The notes beneath the pieces were generated by a model, which made no database searches, had not been told where the DNA came from, and was given only the letters and a program-made list of their open reading frames with translations. A stretch of DNA of 60,407 nt, the filler included, from Dugesia japonica (Eukaryota), in assembly GCA_001938525.1 (NCBI GenBank). It is 5 parts of 5 records of this genome, joined end to end, with 100 filler letters (N's around TTAATTAATTAA, not from the genome) between each part and the next. Parts side by side here need not be neighbours in the genome. Positions count along the whole stretch, not along the records: positions 30,364 to 42,216 come from MQRL01647430.1; positions 42,317 to 60,407 come from MQRL01591229.1; 3 more parts are not named here. One strand, 5' to 3'. How positions within the stretch are numbered: position 1 is the first letter of the stretch; every line of letters begins with the position of its first letter. Shown one piece after another: positions 37,700 to 52,200 of this stretch. The position numbers and the translations under genes are program-made.

Positions 37700-40545
37700 A
37701 TGGGAGATAGGGATGGGAGATCAGTGGTGGGACCTTTGTTAGATTCGGGGGCAAGAGTAAACGTAATGAATTCAGAATGCCTTGTGAAGTTGGGGAAAGT
37801 ATCATTAGAATGTTGCGGGACAAAACTTTGGTTTGCAAACGACAGTTTATTGGAGAAATTGGGTACAGTTAGATTGTGGGTGCAATGGAAAGGAAGAGAG
37901 AAACAGATATTATTTACGGTAGTGAAACAAGTAGTACCGGATATTATAGGTGGTATGGAATTCATGAATGCGTTCGGGTTTTCATTGATATAACGAGGTT
38001 TAAATAGCAGTAATGCAGAATCCAAGAAGTATATTTGCAATATAGAAGATAATTTCGGGAAACAAGCTGACACAGATGAACAATGGAGGAAATCGGACAG
38101 TACGATAAATTGGAAAGGAGATGATCGGTTGGAGGATGTTTGTAGACAAAAATGGGGAGTATTTATTGCAGAAAAATTATATGTGGGTCGAACAAATACT
38201 GTTGATCACAAGATCATTACGAAAGGAGAGCCAATTAAAACGAAACCCTACATAAAACTGATAAATTTGGAGAGCAAAATTGACGAAACAATTTAAAACC
38301 TGTTTGATAAAGGCATAATAAGACGATGTAATTCTCAATGGAATTCACCATTGGTATTCGTATGGAAGAAAGATAAACAGGATATCAGGTTATGTTTAGA
38401 TTTCAGGAAGCTGAAAGCTATTACAGAGAGACAAGCGTTCCCAATGCCGAATATTGAATAGATGCTAGATATGTTGAAAGGGATGGCTTACTTCAGCACA
38501 ATAGACCTTGGTAATGCTTATTACCAAGTAGAGTTAGACAGCGAATAGCAGGAAAAGACAGCATTTTCGACTAAACAGGGTCAGTACTGTTTCAACAGAA
38601 TGACGTTTGGCATTGCAGCAGCGCCGGATACGTTTCAGAAGCTGATGGTAAAGGTGACGAAAGACATCAAGGGATCAAGTATATTTAGTTGATATCTTTA
38701 TTTTTTCTAAGACACGAGAAGAACATTATGGAATTGTAAAGAGTGTTGGACAGCATTAGTGAAGCAAGTCTCTGTATTAGCCCAGAAAAGTGCATTTTCC
38801 TTCAGAAAGAAATTAAAGAAATTAAAGAAATTTGTCTTAGGACAAATTATCAATTCAGAAGGAATTTGTACAGATCTGGTAAAAATAGAAGCTATTCAAG
38901 CTTTTGAAGAACCATTATGGGAGAAGAAATTGCGTAGCTTCATGGNCATCTGTAATTATAGAAAGTTTTTTCATGAGTATGCAAATAAATCTAGAAAATT
39001 GGAGCAGCTATGTAGCGGTCAAGGTAATACGAAGATAATTTGGTCTTTAGAGTTATCAGATGTGTTTAAAGAAATGTAGAAGGCTTTAATTTCTACATCA
39101 ATTTTAGGATATTTGAATGTGCATGAGGAATTTATTCTAGACACCGATGCTAGCTTTAGAACGAATGATGCGATGCTGTCGCAAAGGGATGAAGACGGAA
39201 ACGAAAAAGTGATAGCATACGGGTCTCAAGCAATGTCTACCCACGAAAAAGGATACTGCATAACTCGTAAGGAACTCCTGGAAGTATATTACTTTTGTTT
39301 AAGCTTAAAACATTATTTATATGCTTGACCATTTATTTTAAGAACGGATCACAAAGCGATCACGTTCATGTTGCATACAAAAAAACCAATTACAATGCAG
39401 TTCCAAACCTGGATTAATTTTCTAAGTAGTTTGGACATGAAATTGGAATTCAGGAAAAGTGAGAATCACGTCAATTCAGTTGTTTTAAGTAAATTGTACA
39501 GTGATAAATGCGTACAGTGCCAATTAATACATGAGGAGGTAAAGATGGGAAAATTGAAGACGAGAAGACTAGGAGACACTGAGGAAATAAAGAAGTTGGA
39601 TATTGACATGAGTGGAAATAGAATGTCGTAGAAAATTTGGCTATTAGANGAGACAATGGAGCAGAAGATTGTGGAGATTCATAAAGCATTATGTCATGGA
39701 GGCATAGAGAAATCGGAGAAATATATCTGCTAAAGATACGAAGAGAGACAGTTAAGATCAAGAATTAGAGAGATTATAAGAAGCTGTATTTTCTGTCAAA
39801 AAGCAAAGATTTCGACAAGTACAAGACTCGAAATAACTAAAGAATCAGACAGTTTTACTCCGTTCGAAGTGATGTTTATAGATATTTTTGGCCCATTAAA
39901 TGAGACGAAGAATAGGAAGAAATACATCCTTGTCATGATCGACCAATGTAAGAAGTTTGTAGTTTTATTGAGTTTAATTAGACAGGATGAAGGTACGATT
40001 CGAGATTGTATTTTGAAGCACTAGACTCTGAAATTTGGATGTCCAAGAGTGATACGTTCTGATTGCAGGAGTGTCTTTGAATGAAAATAGATGAAACAGA
40101 TAAAGCAAAGATTACGTGGCAAGTGTTGAGTCCTTATCATCATAGGACAAACGCTCAAATTGAACTCCAATTTCAGACGATTAGGGATTTATTAAACGCA
40201 TCGATACGAGATAGAGGAACGAGATAGAGGACAAAACAGAAAACTACACAATGTAGGCCGGCAGAGTTAGTATTCGGGAGACAGTTGTACAGGGAAGGGT
40301 GGTGGTCAAAAGAGAAGACGAACAAAAATCAGATGACAGATATAGCTAAGGATAAAAAAGCCAGACAAGAAGACATTTTCAAATAGGTGAGAAATTACTG
40401 GTAGAAGTAGAATCTTGAGATAAAAACCAAGATCGGTATGAGAGACCGTATTTAGTGATGAAAAAGATTCATGAGAGACGTTATGTAGTAGAAAGGAAAG
40501 ATGGAAAAAGATTGACGCGGAACATCGAAAAACCTAAAAATTTCT
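37700..40545 (+). pseudogene. pol: pol (protease, RT, RNase H, integrase), many stops and frameshifts
   Basis: LLDSGA (protease); SQWNSPLVFV.KK..IRLCLDFRKL..FSTIDLGNAYYQV..KTAFST..RMTFG (RT); ILDTDAS..VIAYGS..TRKELL..TDHKA (RNase H); HKALCHGG..CIFC..IDIFGPL..SPYHHRTN (integrase). Confidence 0.93.
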
Positions 40546-40558
40546 GGAAGGAGGAGGA
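40546..40558 (+). promoter_or_regulatory. Polypurine tract
   Basis: GGAAGGAGGAGGA immediately before the 3' LTR. Confidence 0.85.
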
Positions 40559-40788
40559 TGTCAGGATAAGTAAATGAATATTTTAAGTTTTAATTTAAGA
40601 AATTAATTAGAAATTAATTTAAATAAAAAAAAGAAGTTGTTTAAATATTCAGAGTGCTTGACAGAAGATTGAAAATCAAATAAAAAGAGTAAATAATTAA
40701 AAGGTGGAATTTCTAATTGTTTTAGAATAAATATGTGAAAGTATGACTGACTATTTACTGAATGAGCACGTACGCTCTGTTTCTAATA
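40559..40788 (+). repeat. 3' LTR
   Basis: Matches the 5' LTR except for three substitutions near its 3' end. Confidence 0.95.
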
Positions 40789-41989
40789 AATATCATTATT
40801 ATTATTAGTCTTATCGTAATTATTACTGTCTTAAAAATTAAAAGTTGCTACTGAGGGTTATTTATAACTGATTACTTCTAAAAGGAGGTGTAATTTTATT
40901 GTTTCCTTGTTAATATTATCGTAGCGCCTTGATTTAACAATAAAAAACCATTATTATAGATCATTATGAACTGCAATTAATGAAACACTAATTAAAATTT
41001 ACTATAATGATTCAATACCACAAAATTTAATTAACCATGGTAACAAATCATCCATTTTATTAGCAAGTTGCAATTAATTTAAAATTTTTTAATTATAAAT
41101 ATTACTAATGTTTGAACTCATTACGACTGTGCAAAAAGAAACATTTAATGAAAGTTATTTATCATTAGTTACAAACATTTATTGATTACAGTATAATTCA
41201 AAGTTTACATAAACTAATTAAAACTAACGTGAACTGCATATTCATCTGGAGCAAGCACAGAGCGCGATTAGAAATCACTATGGCAACCCGATTGAATTGA
41301 TTTATCTATGTCCACTTACATGTCAACACTAGAATTTGTTCTTCTTTCCATTTTCACACTAACGTAATCGGTATTTTAATTAAACTGCACACCTACGCTG
41401 TATATCCTTTATTCATTACACACCTCGAAATCCACGACCCCTTTTTACTATAATTGTTTTACCCGCTGCTTTTTCCTTAATAGAAAGTCTTCGGTTTCTT
41501 ATATTTTCGTATAAATTTAATTTCCTTTTTATAATAAATCATTTAAATTTGTATGATTTATTTTATTTATAATGGTTAAATTCATTACGACTGTGCAAAA
41601 AGAAACATTTAATTTATTTTTCTTTTCAATTTATTAGTTAGATTGCCATTTTTTGTTTATAAACTGAAATTTAATTTAATTTAGGCGTTTCTTTCCATAA
41701 AAAAGTTATTTAATTTATTTTTTACCTCTTCAATTATTAACTTAATTCAATTTTTTTTCTACTTAATGAATTATTTGCTTCAGTTATTACTTGCCATTTT
41801 CTTTGTTTTCTCAGTTTGCTAATGACTTCTGTCATTTCCTTTCTTCTCTGGTTTTCTTATTTCCATGTTGTTTTCTTTTCTGCTTTAAGATTTTACGGAT
41901 CATCTCATATTTTTTAATTCCCTAATCTTGGTTTTTCTTTAATTACTTCTTTCTTTAACTACCATATTCGTCAATAGCCAAAATACTTA

Positions 41990-42216
41990 ATTGTGGCAAG
42001 TGGTTATAAGAAAGATTGTTTCAAATAGAATCAGAACCAGAAAGTTTGGTGGATGGCGAGGATAGTGAGAATAATTTAACAAATGTGAATAATGATTTTG
42101 AAATGTCGCTTAATGATAAACTTAATATGGCTATTGAAAAAGAGTGTGTGCAAAAATTACAAGAAGTCGTTCATGTTAACACGTTTAGAAAAGAATGTAA
42201 TTTTTGGAAGCAACTG
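41990..42216 (+). pseudogene. hAT transposase fragment (region before the dimerization domain)
   Basis: SLNDKLNMAI...RKECNF/LEAT resembles the KE..LFEAT segment of invertebrate hAT transposases. Cut by the spacer. Confidence 0.4.
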
Positions 42217-42697
42217 NNNNNNNNNNNNNNNNNNNNNNNNNNNNNNNNNNNNNNNNNNNNTTAATTAATTAANNNNNNNNNNNNNNNNNNNNNNNNNNNN
42301 NNNNNNNNNNNNNNNNAATAATTTTAATTAATAAATTAATTAACGAAATTAATTAGTTATACAAATAACTATATTTTCTGACTAATCAATAGAAATAGAA
42401 TTGAAATTTATTTAAAATTTATTTGTTAACAATTATGAGTTACTATTGTTAATATATTCAAAAATAGAAGAGACAAATTTAATTAAAATATGTCAATACA
42501 CAGTTACTAAACTAATTAAAATAGAAATTTAAAAAATTAATAGATAACAATACTCAACAAGTTGGTAGGGGAATTTTGTTTTTTTCAACCTTTATAAAAA
42601 AGAAAATTTCATTAAAATATCATCAATACTTTTTGAGAAAAATGGTTCTATTTAGGATATTTTACTGCATAAAGTTATCTTTGAATTTTGTTGAATA

Positions 42698-43859
42698 TTG
42701 GGTTGTATCATAAATAACAAAACTACAATAATCTGTTATATAATCGATATTATTAAGTATAACTGTTTCCCATCTTCCTGGTAGCTTATCAATTCCTTCG
42801 CTTAAAATTTGGTGGATTTTGACTCGAAAACATTTTGACTTCAAAGGTAGATTTTAAATTTTCCAAACGTTTTGTAAAGATAGGAATGACAAAGTCCGGG
42901 GAGTAAGATGGATACAGTTAAACAGACCAGCCAAGTTCCAGAATTTTTTTGAGTCACTTTTGCTGTATGTGGTTTCACATTGTTGTGTAAGAGGGTTACA
43001 TTTTTTGCGATTCACAAGAGCAGTACGTTTTCTTGAAGTTTATCTTGAACTCTTTGCAGTTGCTGAATGTATTTATTTCCAGTAATTATTTCATTTCGAT
43101 TTAACAATTCGTATAGGACCACACTTCGATGATTCCATTATACAGACAATAAAATCTTCTTCCCATATTTGTGTGGTTTGGGATCTGGTAAAAGTGATTG
43201 ATCTATACGAAGCCATTGACTTTTGTGAACAACATATTCAAATGTAACTCATTTATCATATCTCGTTATGATTCTGTCTAAAAAAGGCTCAGTATTTTGC
43301 CGTGAGAGAAGACTTGTGGAAATTGAAATCCGATTTACTCTATTTCACTAACATAGATTATGAGTTTCCCATACTTCTAATATGCTGACTTTGCAACATT
43401 TTTCAAGGTGGTGATACACACTTGATTGTGATGTGTTAAGCCTCTCAGCCAACTCCCTTGTTGTTTGTCGTGGATTCTGTTCCAATTATGTCTCTAAAAT
43501 TTTGTCATCTTTGGTTCATCTATTAAGGACTCCTTCCCAGAACTAAATTTAACGAACCAATTTTTAATTGGCCGATATTATTCCTTTACCGTAAACACTA
43601 TATATTTTTTCAGAGGTCGCCTGGTTTGAATTCCGAAAGTATTCAATGATGAATATATACTTTTTGATTTTCTATTTTAAAGATTAAAATAACAATTTAA
43701 CTTATCAAACAACACACCAGTCAGTCGTTAAATCACTAAAAAAAAACTCCTATTCATATTGCTGAAACAAAGAATCATTTGTCTTATTGAAAAAATAAAT
43801 CAAAACTAATGATTATATACTTTGTATATCCATCGGAAGTTATTTATGACACAACCCAA
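42698..43859 (-). mobile_element. mariner element (1162 bp), decayed transposase
   Basis: TA|TTGGGTTGTATCATAAATAAC...GTTATTTATGACACAACCCAA|TA TIRs; minus-strand KKILLSV*WN, LGWSV..YPSYSPD, GIDKLPGRWETVILNNIDYI. Confidence 0.92.
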
Positions 43860-44831
43860 TAAAATTAATTAATTAAATAAATAAATTAAATTAACAGTTT
43901 TGATTGAAAATAAATTGTACTTAATAAATTTGTATATAAATTGTAAACATATGGCCGTAAAGAACATTACTTGACCGAGCGAAGTAACTTGACTGCAAAA
44001 TTCACTCAAAAAATAATTTGTTTCGAACTGATCCAAGAAGTGACTTAAAACATGTTTAAACTTCTGTTTGCTTCTAATAACAGAAAAGCAGTTTATAATA
44101 ATAATGATAAACCATATAAAGAAAAATACCCATGAAAGATTTGTAAAGTTTTTATCATTTAAAATTTCGTTTTGAAATCAAGTAAAAGAAATTGAAAAAT
44201 TTTCAAAATCTTTCTAATCCCAAATAAACAACAATATTCGAGAATATAATAAGTTAATAGCACACGGTGGATAATTTCACTAACAATTAATAGTTCAGAG
44301 GAAAATAACCATGTAATATTTGTCAATTATTATCACCGAAAAAACAAAAATTAACCAACTTCTAGAAAAGTGCATCTCGAAAAAGAAAATTCATCTTGCT
44401 ATTTATCTTCATTGATGTATTTTAAATTTTTCGACTATCAATCATCAACAGATGTTTCTAAAATTATGGTTTACGATTTTAAAAAAGTTAGTTCTAATAA
44501 ATAACTCATTAAATAGTGGATTTATAAAGTCGAATAAATGGATCCAATGAAACAAACTTATTTTTATTACTGTGAAACCTGGTTTTTACGTTTTTGACAA
44601 GACTGATTCAAATGAAGATTTTGGATAAGAATAAATGTACTAAAATAAAATGGAATTGTAAAAATTGAACGCAAATAGAGGGAAACGTGAATTCCCGGCA
44701 CGACAAAACGAGGTACAAATTCTTTAAAAACTTGGAAATTTGAAAATTATAAGTTAATTTTACTAAAAATGTTATTATGCATAAAAAATGGAAAACAAAA
44801 TTTTCTGAAACAGATGTGTTAAGCTACTTTA

Positions 44832-45125
44832 TCTATAAAAATAAAAATGCAAATATTCGTTTATTCAAAATCGATCAACTCCAAAAGTTTTTCATCGATA
44901 GCCTTGAAATTTTGACGGATTTCTTCTCACACGGACAATTGTATGTTGCATGTTTTAGAGTCGGCAAATCAAGCAATCTTTATACTTACATAAACAATGA
45001 AACAATAAAAAATATTGTATATCCACAAGCATTGTAAAATTAAATAAATTAGAAACGTATTTATTTTCTTTTCTGTTTCATTCAACAAAATTGAGACATA
45101 GCAACGCGTGGGTGGTTATGGCTAG
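44832..45125 (+). mobile_element. Non-autonomous mini-Helitron (294 bp)
   Basis: A|TC...CTAG|T termini, the PIF1-helicase C-terminus FSHGQLYVACFRV...KNIVYPQAL*, and a GC-rich subterminal GCAACGCGTGG. Confidence 0.85.
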
Positions 45126-45170
45126 TTTCTCGAATATTATAATGAGTATATTAATTTGACAATCAACAAA

Positions 45171-45310
45171 TATTGCGAGAATAATTGTTGGACTTAACCA
45201 TTGATNNNNNNNNNNNNNNNNNNNNNNNNNNNNNNNNNNNNNNNNNNNNNNNNNNNNNNNNNNNNNNNNNNNNNNNNAACAACATTATTTTGATCGAAGC
45301 TTTTTAATTT
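45171..45310 (-). mobile_element. Third copy of the hammerhead-element family (core lies in an N gap)
   Basis: TATTGCGAGAATAATTGTTGGACTTAACCATTGAT...N...ATTTTGATCGAAGCTTTT. Confidence 0.55.
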
Positions 45311-45383
45311 TTTTAAATATTAATTTTATATTATAAATCATATTATATTATAAATTATAATATACATTTGAAATAAGAAATAC

Positions 45384-46230
45384 CTGAAAGGAGGTTCTAA
45401 TATTCATAACATCATTTGGAATGAATTGAGTGTCGGCTTCTTCTTCAATTCTGTAAGTAGTAGAAAGAGAATTATTTCCACCGGAAGAATGTGCCGAACT
45501 AGGCTCAATTTTAAATGCAATTTGGCCATCCAAAGGGGAAAGCTGTTTGTCTTTAATTGGTCTTAATTGGCGATTTAAATCTGTATTGTTTGATTTTGTG
45601 GACTTGGGATAAACCATTTTTCCATTTGACTGATAAATTCTTTGATTTTGATCATGTATTATTAGATAGTTATTATAGTTGTTAACTAAATTCTGATTTT
45701 CTAATTCTGTATTTGGTACGGAATATGATTTCATTTGATTTTCTAATTCCTATTTTTTAATACATTAAAATAATATTTAATTAAATCAATAAATTGTTAT
45801 AAGAAAAAAATATTTGTTTCTACAAACTCATTCATTAGATTAAGTGTACCCAAATTCTATAATAATTAATTTAGTTTGAATTATTTTTACTGGATTTTCT
45901 AGTTCCTTTTTTAAGGATAATGAATTAAATTTACATTTTTCTACTTAATCATCACAATAAAATCAGATTGAAATTGTGGAACATACCTAATAAATCATTT
46001 TACTAAAATTTATTTAATATTTTTTTAGAATTATTGGTGAAAAAATAGAGATTAATTCTATTTATAAAAAATTAAATCTGCAAAAACATTTAAAAATATT
46101 CCCACAATTGAAATAGAGAAAATTAAAACTAATTTATAATCAGATGATGTAAATATTATAATCAATGGACTTCAGGGTTGATTTATTTTTGAGAAAATTC
46201 TATTGAAATATTAAGTTTAATTATCACTAA

Positions 46231-46299
<69 letters not shown>

Positions 46300-49200
46300 N
46301 NNNNNNNNNNNNNNNNNNNNNNNNNNNNNNNNNNNNNNNNNNNNNNNNNATTATTATTATTATTATTAATATTATTTTACACAAAAAATATTTTATTTTA
46401 TATATAAATAGTGTTGTGTAGAATCAGGGCCAAATTAAAGGGGGCAAGCGTGGCCACAACATATTTATAAGATCAAGTAACTTAAATAAATAAAATGAAA
46501 ACTTTGACTTATCCTTGATACTTTTTACTTATTAAACGGTATTATCAAATCAGTTAAGCTACGACTGAGATGGGATAAATCCAAAAAACATCAAACTTTT
46601 TTATGTATTTGTGAAAGAAAGTTCCACATGATATTATAATATGATCTAAAATTTAAGAAATTTTGATGTTTTTACTTTGATGCAATTTACTTTACGATAC
46701 TACTGGCCAGAATACGCTACTGAAAGTCACATTAATTTTAAAATATGAGGAATAGAAGAAAAGAGACTCCAAAATATAAGTTTGTCCGGGGCGCCTGAAA
46801 CTTTAATCCAGTGCTATGTAGAATAATACCACATTTATCCGTAAAAGTAAGAACATTTAGATACATAATCTACTAAAAGTTTTAGTTACAAAATTTTTTA
46901 TTAAACATGACACAACATGAAATTTAAAGTAAATAACATAAAGCTAAAATTATTCTAAAATTATTCTACAAAAGACTATTTATAAATGAGAATAAAATAT
47001 TTTTAGTTGCTGAATAAAATAATTTATACTTTTGAATAACCCTGTAATAAATCATTTTAAGTTTAAATGATAATTGAGTTAAATATTGATTACTCGCAAA
47101 AAAATTTTTAATAAAAAGAAAATTTAAACAAATATACAATAAAATTTAAAAAAATATAAAATAAAATTTAAACAAATATAAAATAACTTTAACACAAAAT
47201 TTGTTTGAATAAGTTTTGTTTATAAATATATGTTATATGTTTTGTTAAACTAACTTCATGATCAATAATTACGATTACAATTAATCAACGAACAAATAAC
47301 GCTAAAACATCAGTTGAACAAATTTTCAAATTTGTAAATATTTTCATATATAATGATTAATACACCACAATATTAATTTCGGTTTGAATCCATAATAACA
47401 AATTTTTAAAACTGAATTTGAAACTTTATTTTCGATAAACAAAGTAAATCACGAGTTTATAAACACGAATATCTATGATTAATAATTTATACCAAACCAA
47501 ATTTTGTCATGAGGACTTTAGTCGATTTTCAATATATAAAATACCCAATGTAACTTCATCAAAAATTGATCCGCCCAGATCATTCGATTTGCAATTTTCG
47601 GATCAAATTTTTCATATTTAAATTTTAATAGTATTTTAATTGTTACTATTTTAGAGGGTTTTTCTTTCACTTTCACAGTACTATTTAAACTTAAAAGTTC
47701 AATTTTTAAGATATCAATTTCATTAAATTTGATTACATTCCAAATGAAATGAAATTTATTACAATTCTTTAATTGCGATAATCAAGGTTTGACGCTATTT
47801 ATTTTATTTTTTGTCAGTGTAAAATTAATAGGGTTGATTATTTTCTATGAATCAAGTATTTAAATATATTGAATACATAATAAATTAATTATAATTGTTA
47901 GGAATACAATAATCATTGTTAGATGAATCTGTAACATTCATCTTTGCATTGAAAAAATTAACACTTTTCATTCCAAGATTAATTCAAGACAAAACAAAAA
48001 CACATACTATCATTTTGTTTTTTTTAGAAAAATTTTAAAACAAGCTAAACATTTTTATTTAATTCTGACAGAAGTTATTTAAAAAATTCAAAAACAATAA
48101 TTTTTTAAAAAATATCATTGTTATAAAATTTTATATTTAACAAAAAAATATTCTTAATCAAATTTTTGAAAATTATCATTTTATAAAATTTTATAATTAA
48201 CAAAAATTATTTTTAATTAAATTTCGAAAAATTTCATTCAAAAAGATTTTATTACAAATCAAATTATTTAAACGTTTATTTTAAAATTATTCCAAACATT
48301 AGATTTTAAAATTAACGCAACAAAAATTATTTTATTGACTAAGTCATCTAATTATTAATACTTAATTTCCAAATATTGAAATTTTAAATTTCCTAACTTT
48401 ACTCTATGAAGTTAATTTAATTATTTATTAAACTATTTGCGTTAACAACTTCGGTCGAACTTTCGACAAATTTAACTATTTCAAACCATACTTACAATCA
48501 TTATAATTAAAAACCACATTAATTGAATCGTAATTCATTGTTACAAAATTGATTCATAAAATTAAATAATCAATTTTTCTTGAATCTTCTGAATCTAACA
48601 TCTTTATTCATGACAAGCTATAATATTTACTAATACATATAAAAATTACAAATGTAATAGAATAAAACAAATTTATAATTAACAAATTATACAATAATAA
48701 ATAAATTCTATTATAAGCAAATTGATTATAATTGACGAAGTTAAATTTTCTATTACACCACAAATATTAATAAAATAAATATTACACAAAATTTAAAAGA
48801 GTTTACAATGCTGAAATTAAACTAAACAACACTAATTATATTCTTCTATAGATTCAATTGTTTCCTACTTATACAATTACACACTTCAACAATCGGTCAT
48901 ATTACAATAGCAGAAACAAAATTAGAGTTTTTAGAGTATTTAATTACATCATTTCAACTAATTTTCTAAATAATATTAGATAGGTAAGAAAATAATGTCC
49001 ATTTTTTACTTTAAAAATTTAAAACTGAAATAACTCAAAGACAACTAATTTAGTGTTTGTTTTAATATTTTAAAAAATTCCGTCATTTCAAGTGAAGATT
49101 TCAAATATGGAAAAAAAACCAAATGTACTCTTTACGAGTACAAATTGGACCACAAGGCTGCAGAGGCAAGTCGAAACATCAATTGTGAATTTTGCCAGGG

Positions 49201-52200
49201 GACTATAAATGAGCGCTCGATGAGGAGGTGGTTCCAAAATTTTGGAGAGGGGGATGAGAGTCTGGGAGATATATAAGGTCGTGGACGTCTAGCCTCGATG
49301 GATAATGAAAATTTGAATGATTTGGTTAATGCAGATTCAGACACAACTATTTGACAGCTTACTCAAGAGTTAATTGTCAGTAATATAGTAATACTGAATC
49401 ATCTGAAACAATTGGGCAAGGTGAAAAAAGCTTGATAAATGAGTGCTGCATGACTTAAGTGAGAAACAAAAAAGTCGGCGTTTTGAAGTCTGCCCAACGC
49501 TTCTTCTACTGAATTTCTACTACCCTTTCATCGATTAGATAGTGATGTGCAATGAAAAATTAGTATTTTATGATAACCCCAAGCGTTTCGCACAGTGGTT
49601 TGACCCCGACCAAGCTCCGCAACAATTGCAAAAACCCCAATTTCATGGAAAGGAGGTTATGGTAAGTGTTTAGTGGTATTCCGGAGGCATCATCCCATAT
49701 AAATTTCTATCTCCCGGTGAAACTATTACAACGAATAAATACTGTAAAGAAATCAACGAATGCATAAAAGTTGCATCTTCTTATCCAGCTTTGGTCAACA
49801 GAAAACACTCAACATACGACACAAATGACAATACGATGATTATAACTTGAGCTACGAAAAAATGCATAGTCCTCCGTACTAACCGGACCTTTCCCGTACT
49901 TACTTTTACTTTTTTAAACATCTTGCTATTTCCCTGGATGGAAAAACTTTTAAAAACTAAGGTTCAGCCAAAAATACCTTCCGTGACATTATTGAATACA
50001 GAGCAGAGAATTTTTATATATCTGGAATGAGAAAGCAAGCGTGAGTTAATTGTAATAATTGTTGTTTAAATTAATAAAGTTTAGTTATCTTTTAGTTATT
50101 TCAGTTTAACATTGAAATCAAAAACAGACATTATATTTGTGAGGTAAATTAAATAGACAGGTTGATTCGGGGAATTTTTTGTGGCAAATCAATAAAAGAA
50201 TNNNNNNNNNNNNNNNNNNNNNNNNNNNNNNNNNNNNNNNNNNNNNNNNNNNNNNNNNNNNNNNNNNNNNNNNNNNNNNNNNNNNNNNNNNNNNNNNNNN
50301 NNNNNNNNNNNNNNNNNNNNNNNNNNNNNNNNNNNNNNNNNNNNNNNNNNNNNNNNNNNNNNNNNNNNNNNNNNNNNNNNNNNNNNNNNNNNNNNNNNNN
50401 NNNNNNNNNNNNNNNNNNNNNNNNNNNNNNNNNNNNNNNNNNNNNNNNNNNNNNNNNNNNNNNNNNNNNNNNNNNNNNNNNNNNNNNNNNNNNNNNNNNN
50501 NCAACTCAAGTGTTAATTTTTATGGAACCAAATAACAAAATAGAAGATTCTGAGGAAACTACTTACAATATTCTTACCAACGTAATAAATATACATCACT
50601 AATTCTTCTAACTAATAATTTTGAAATTGTAATTTTCCTAATTTAATGTGACTTATATTGAAAGGATTAAATTAAAATTTAGACGAGTTGTTATTTATAA
50701 ATGTATCGAGATTTAAATCGCAAGCTATTAACGAAAAATGTAATATTTATTGATAATTAACAATCAATCTTTTATTTGATAAAATATACTTTTAGTGGTT
50801 AATAATTTTAAAAATTTTTTATAATTTTAAACCTAACACCTAATTAATTGTTTTCTTATAAATTAATTTTAAAAAATAACAATCGAACATTTGATTCATG
50901 AAATAGTAATAAACAAGTAATAAATCTCGAGTGGCTAGAGATTACAGTTATTTTGATGTAATTGAACCAAATTGATATTTACTTAAATGATATCAATTAA
51001 CACTTATGGATTTATTTACATTTTAACGTACAAAAGAAAACATTAAATCAATATTCAGTTATTATTACTAAAACTAAAATTTCTTTAAATTAGAATAATA
51101 CAAAACATACTCAAATCAATTTTATTTATTTAATTGTAACTTCAAACTGCAAATATTAATAATCTTCAAAAAAAAGTTAATTCAAACCCACTCAATTTTA
51201 ACAATCTTACATAATTAAAAAATTTATTTTAACAAGAAAAAACTTATAATTACACTACGTTCATGACTACAATATTAGTATGTAAATTGATGTTTTCTTT
51301 ATAAATACATCTTGTATTCAACTACGCTAATAATATTATCAACACAGTTTTAATCTGCATCCAAATAAGTTACAATAATATTTATATTAAAGAGATTTCG
51401 GGTCAGCTAACAACTACGACAAGGCGTGTACTTTTAAATAGCGTAATTTAGGAATGAAAATAATTTGATATGATTACTACATCTTTTACGCCAGCAAAAG
51501 CGTATGTGTGTAGTACCATAAAGAAAAGTCGCATACTTATTGCCCATTATTGGAAATATTTTGTAGCCTGACACAACAGTTCATAGTGATCAAAGGAAAG
51601 CGTGCAGGTTTTTATACATCCATGGGTTTGAGAACTCGACAGTAAATCACAATTTTAATTTCGCGAATCCTTTAAATGGTGTTCATAATCAACCTATTGA
51701 ATCGTATTAAAATAAGATTTTATAAAAAAAAGATGAAATTCGATGAAAAATATTATGGGAGATATAAAGGATCACTTTCAAAGTTATGTGGAGAGGTAAT
51801 GTAGATAGCGATAGTTTGATTAACCTATTTACTCTGATTAAAGATTATCTAAAAATTAAATAAATTGTTATTAAATAAAAATTTAATACCTATTTTAATT
51901 TTGTGATATAAATGAATTTAGTTCAGGGCGTACTTTAAATAGTGCAAATTTTGGGGGCGTCGATTTTAGTAGATCTGAAAATTCTTTTCAAATACACCAT
52001 TATTTTTTATAACTAAGCTTGAAAAGTTTATCCGTCTAATATTCAATACTGGATGAATTATGCATACAGTAATAAAAATTAAGAAAAATATTAATCAAAA
52101 ATAATATACAAAATAAATGTAAATTAAATTAAAGATTTTCAAATATAATTTTTCATGCATAAATTGAGACTATTTGTTTTAAAAATTGTATAATATTAGT

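Larger units (their letters stand above)
36231..40788 (+). mobile_element. Full-length compact Ty3/Gypsy LTR retrotransposon (4.56 kb), coding-dead
   Basis: Two 230-bp LTRs, PBS, gag-PR-RT-RH-IN, PPT. Candidate TSD AAAT if the LTR ends at CTAAT. Confidence 0.95.

Noticed and set aside
37537-38073. Antisense ORFs over Gypsy and giant-element coding regions (also 2808-3206, 12780-13061, 18130-18698)
   Set aside because: Shadow ORFs arising from the purine-rich sense strand; no independent motifs.
41118-41613. 32-bp direct repeat TCATTACGACTGTGCAAAAAGAAACATTTAAT (~41118 and ~41582)
   Set aside because: Too long for a typical TSD and no element structure recognized between the copies; left unassigned.
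44425-44457. Possible last MITF-like exon (KHLLMIDSRKI*) after a TTTTAG acceptor
   Set aside because: Short, with no homology support; read-through to the stop at 45348 is equally possible.
50118-50602. Several long ORFs
   Set aside because: They exist only because they span a 300-bp N gap.
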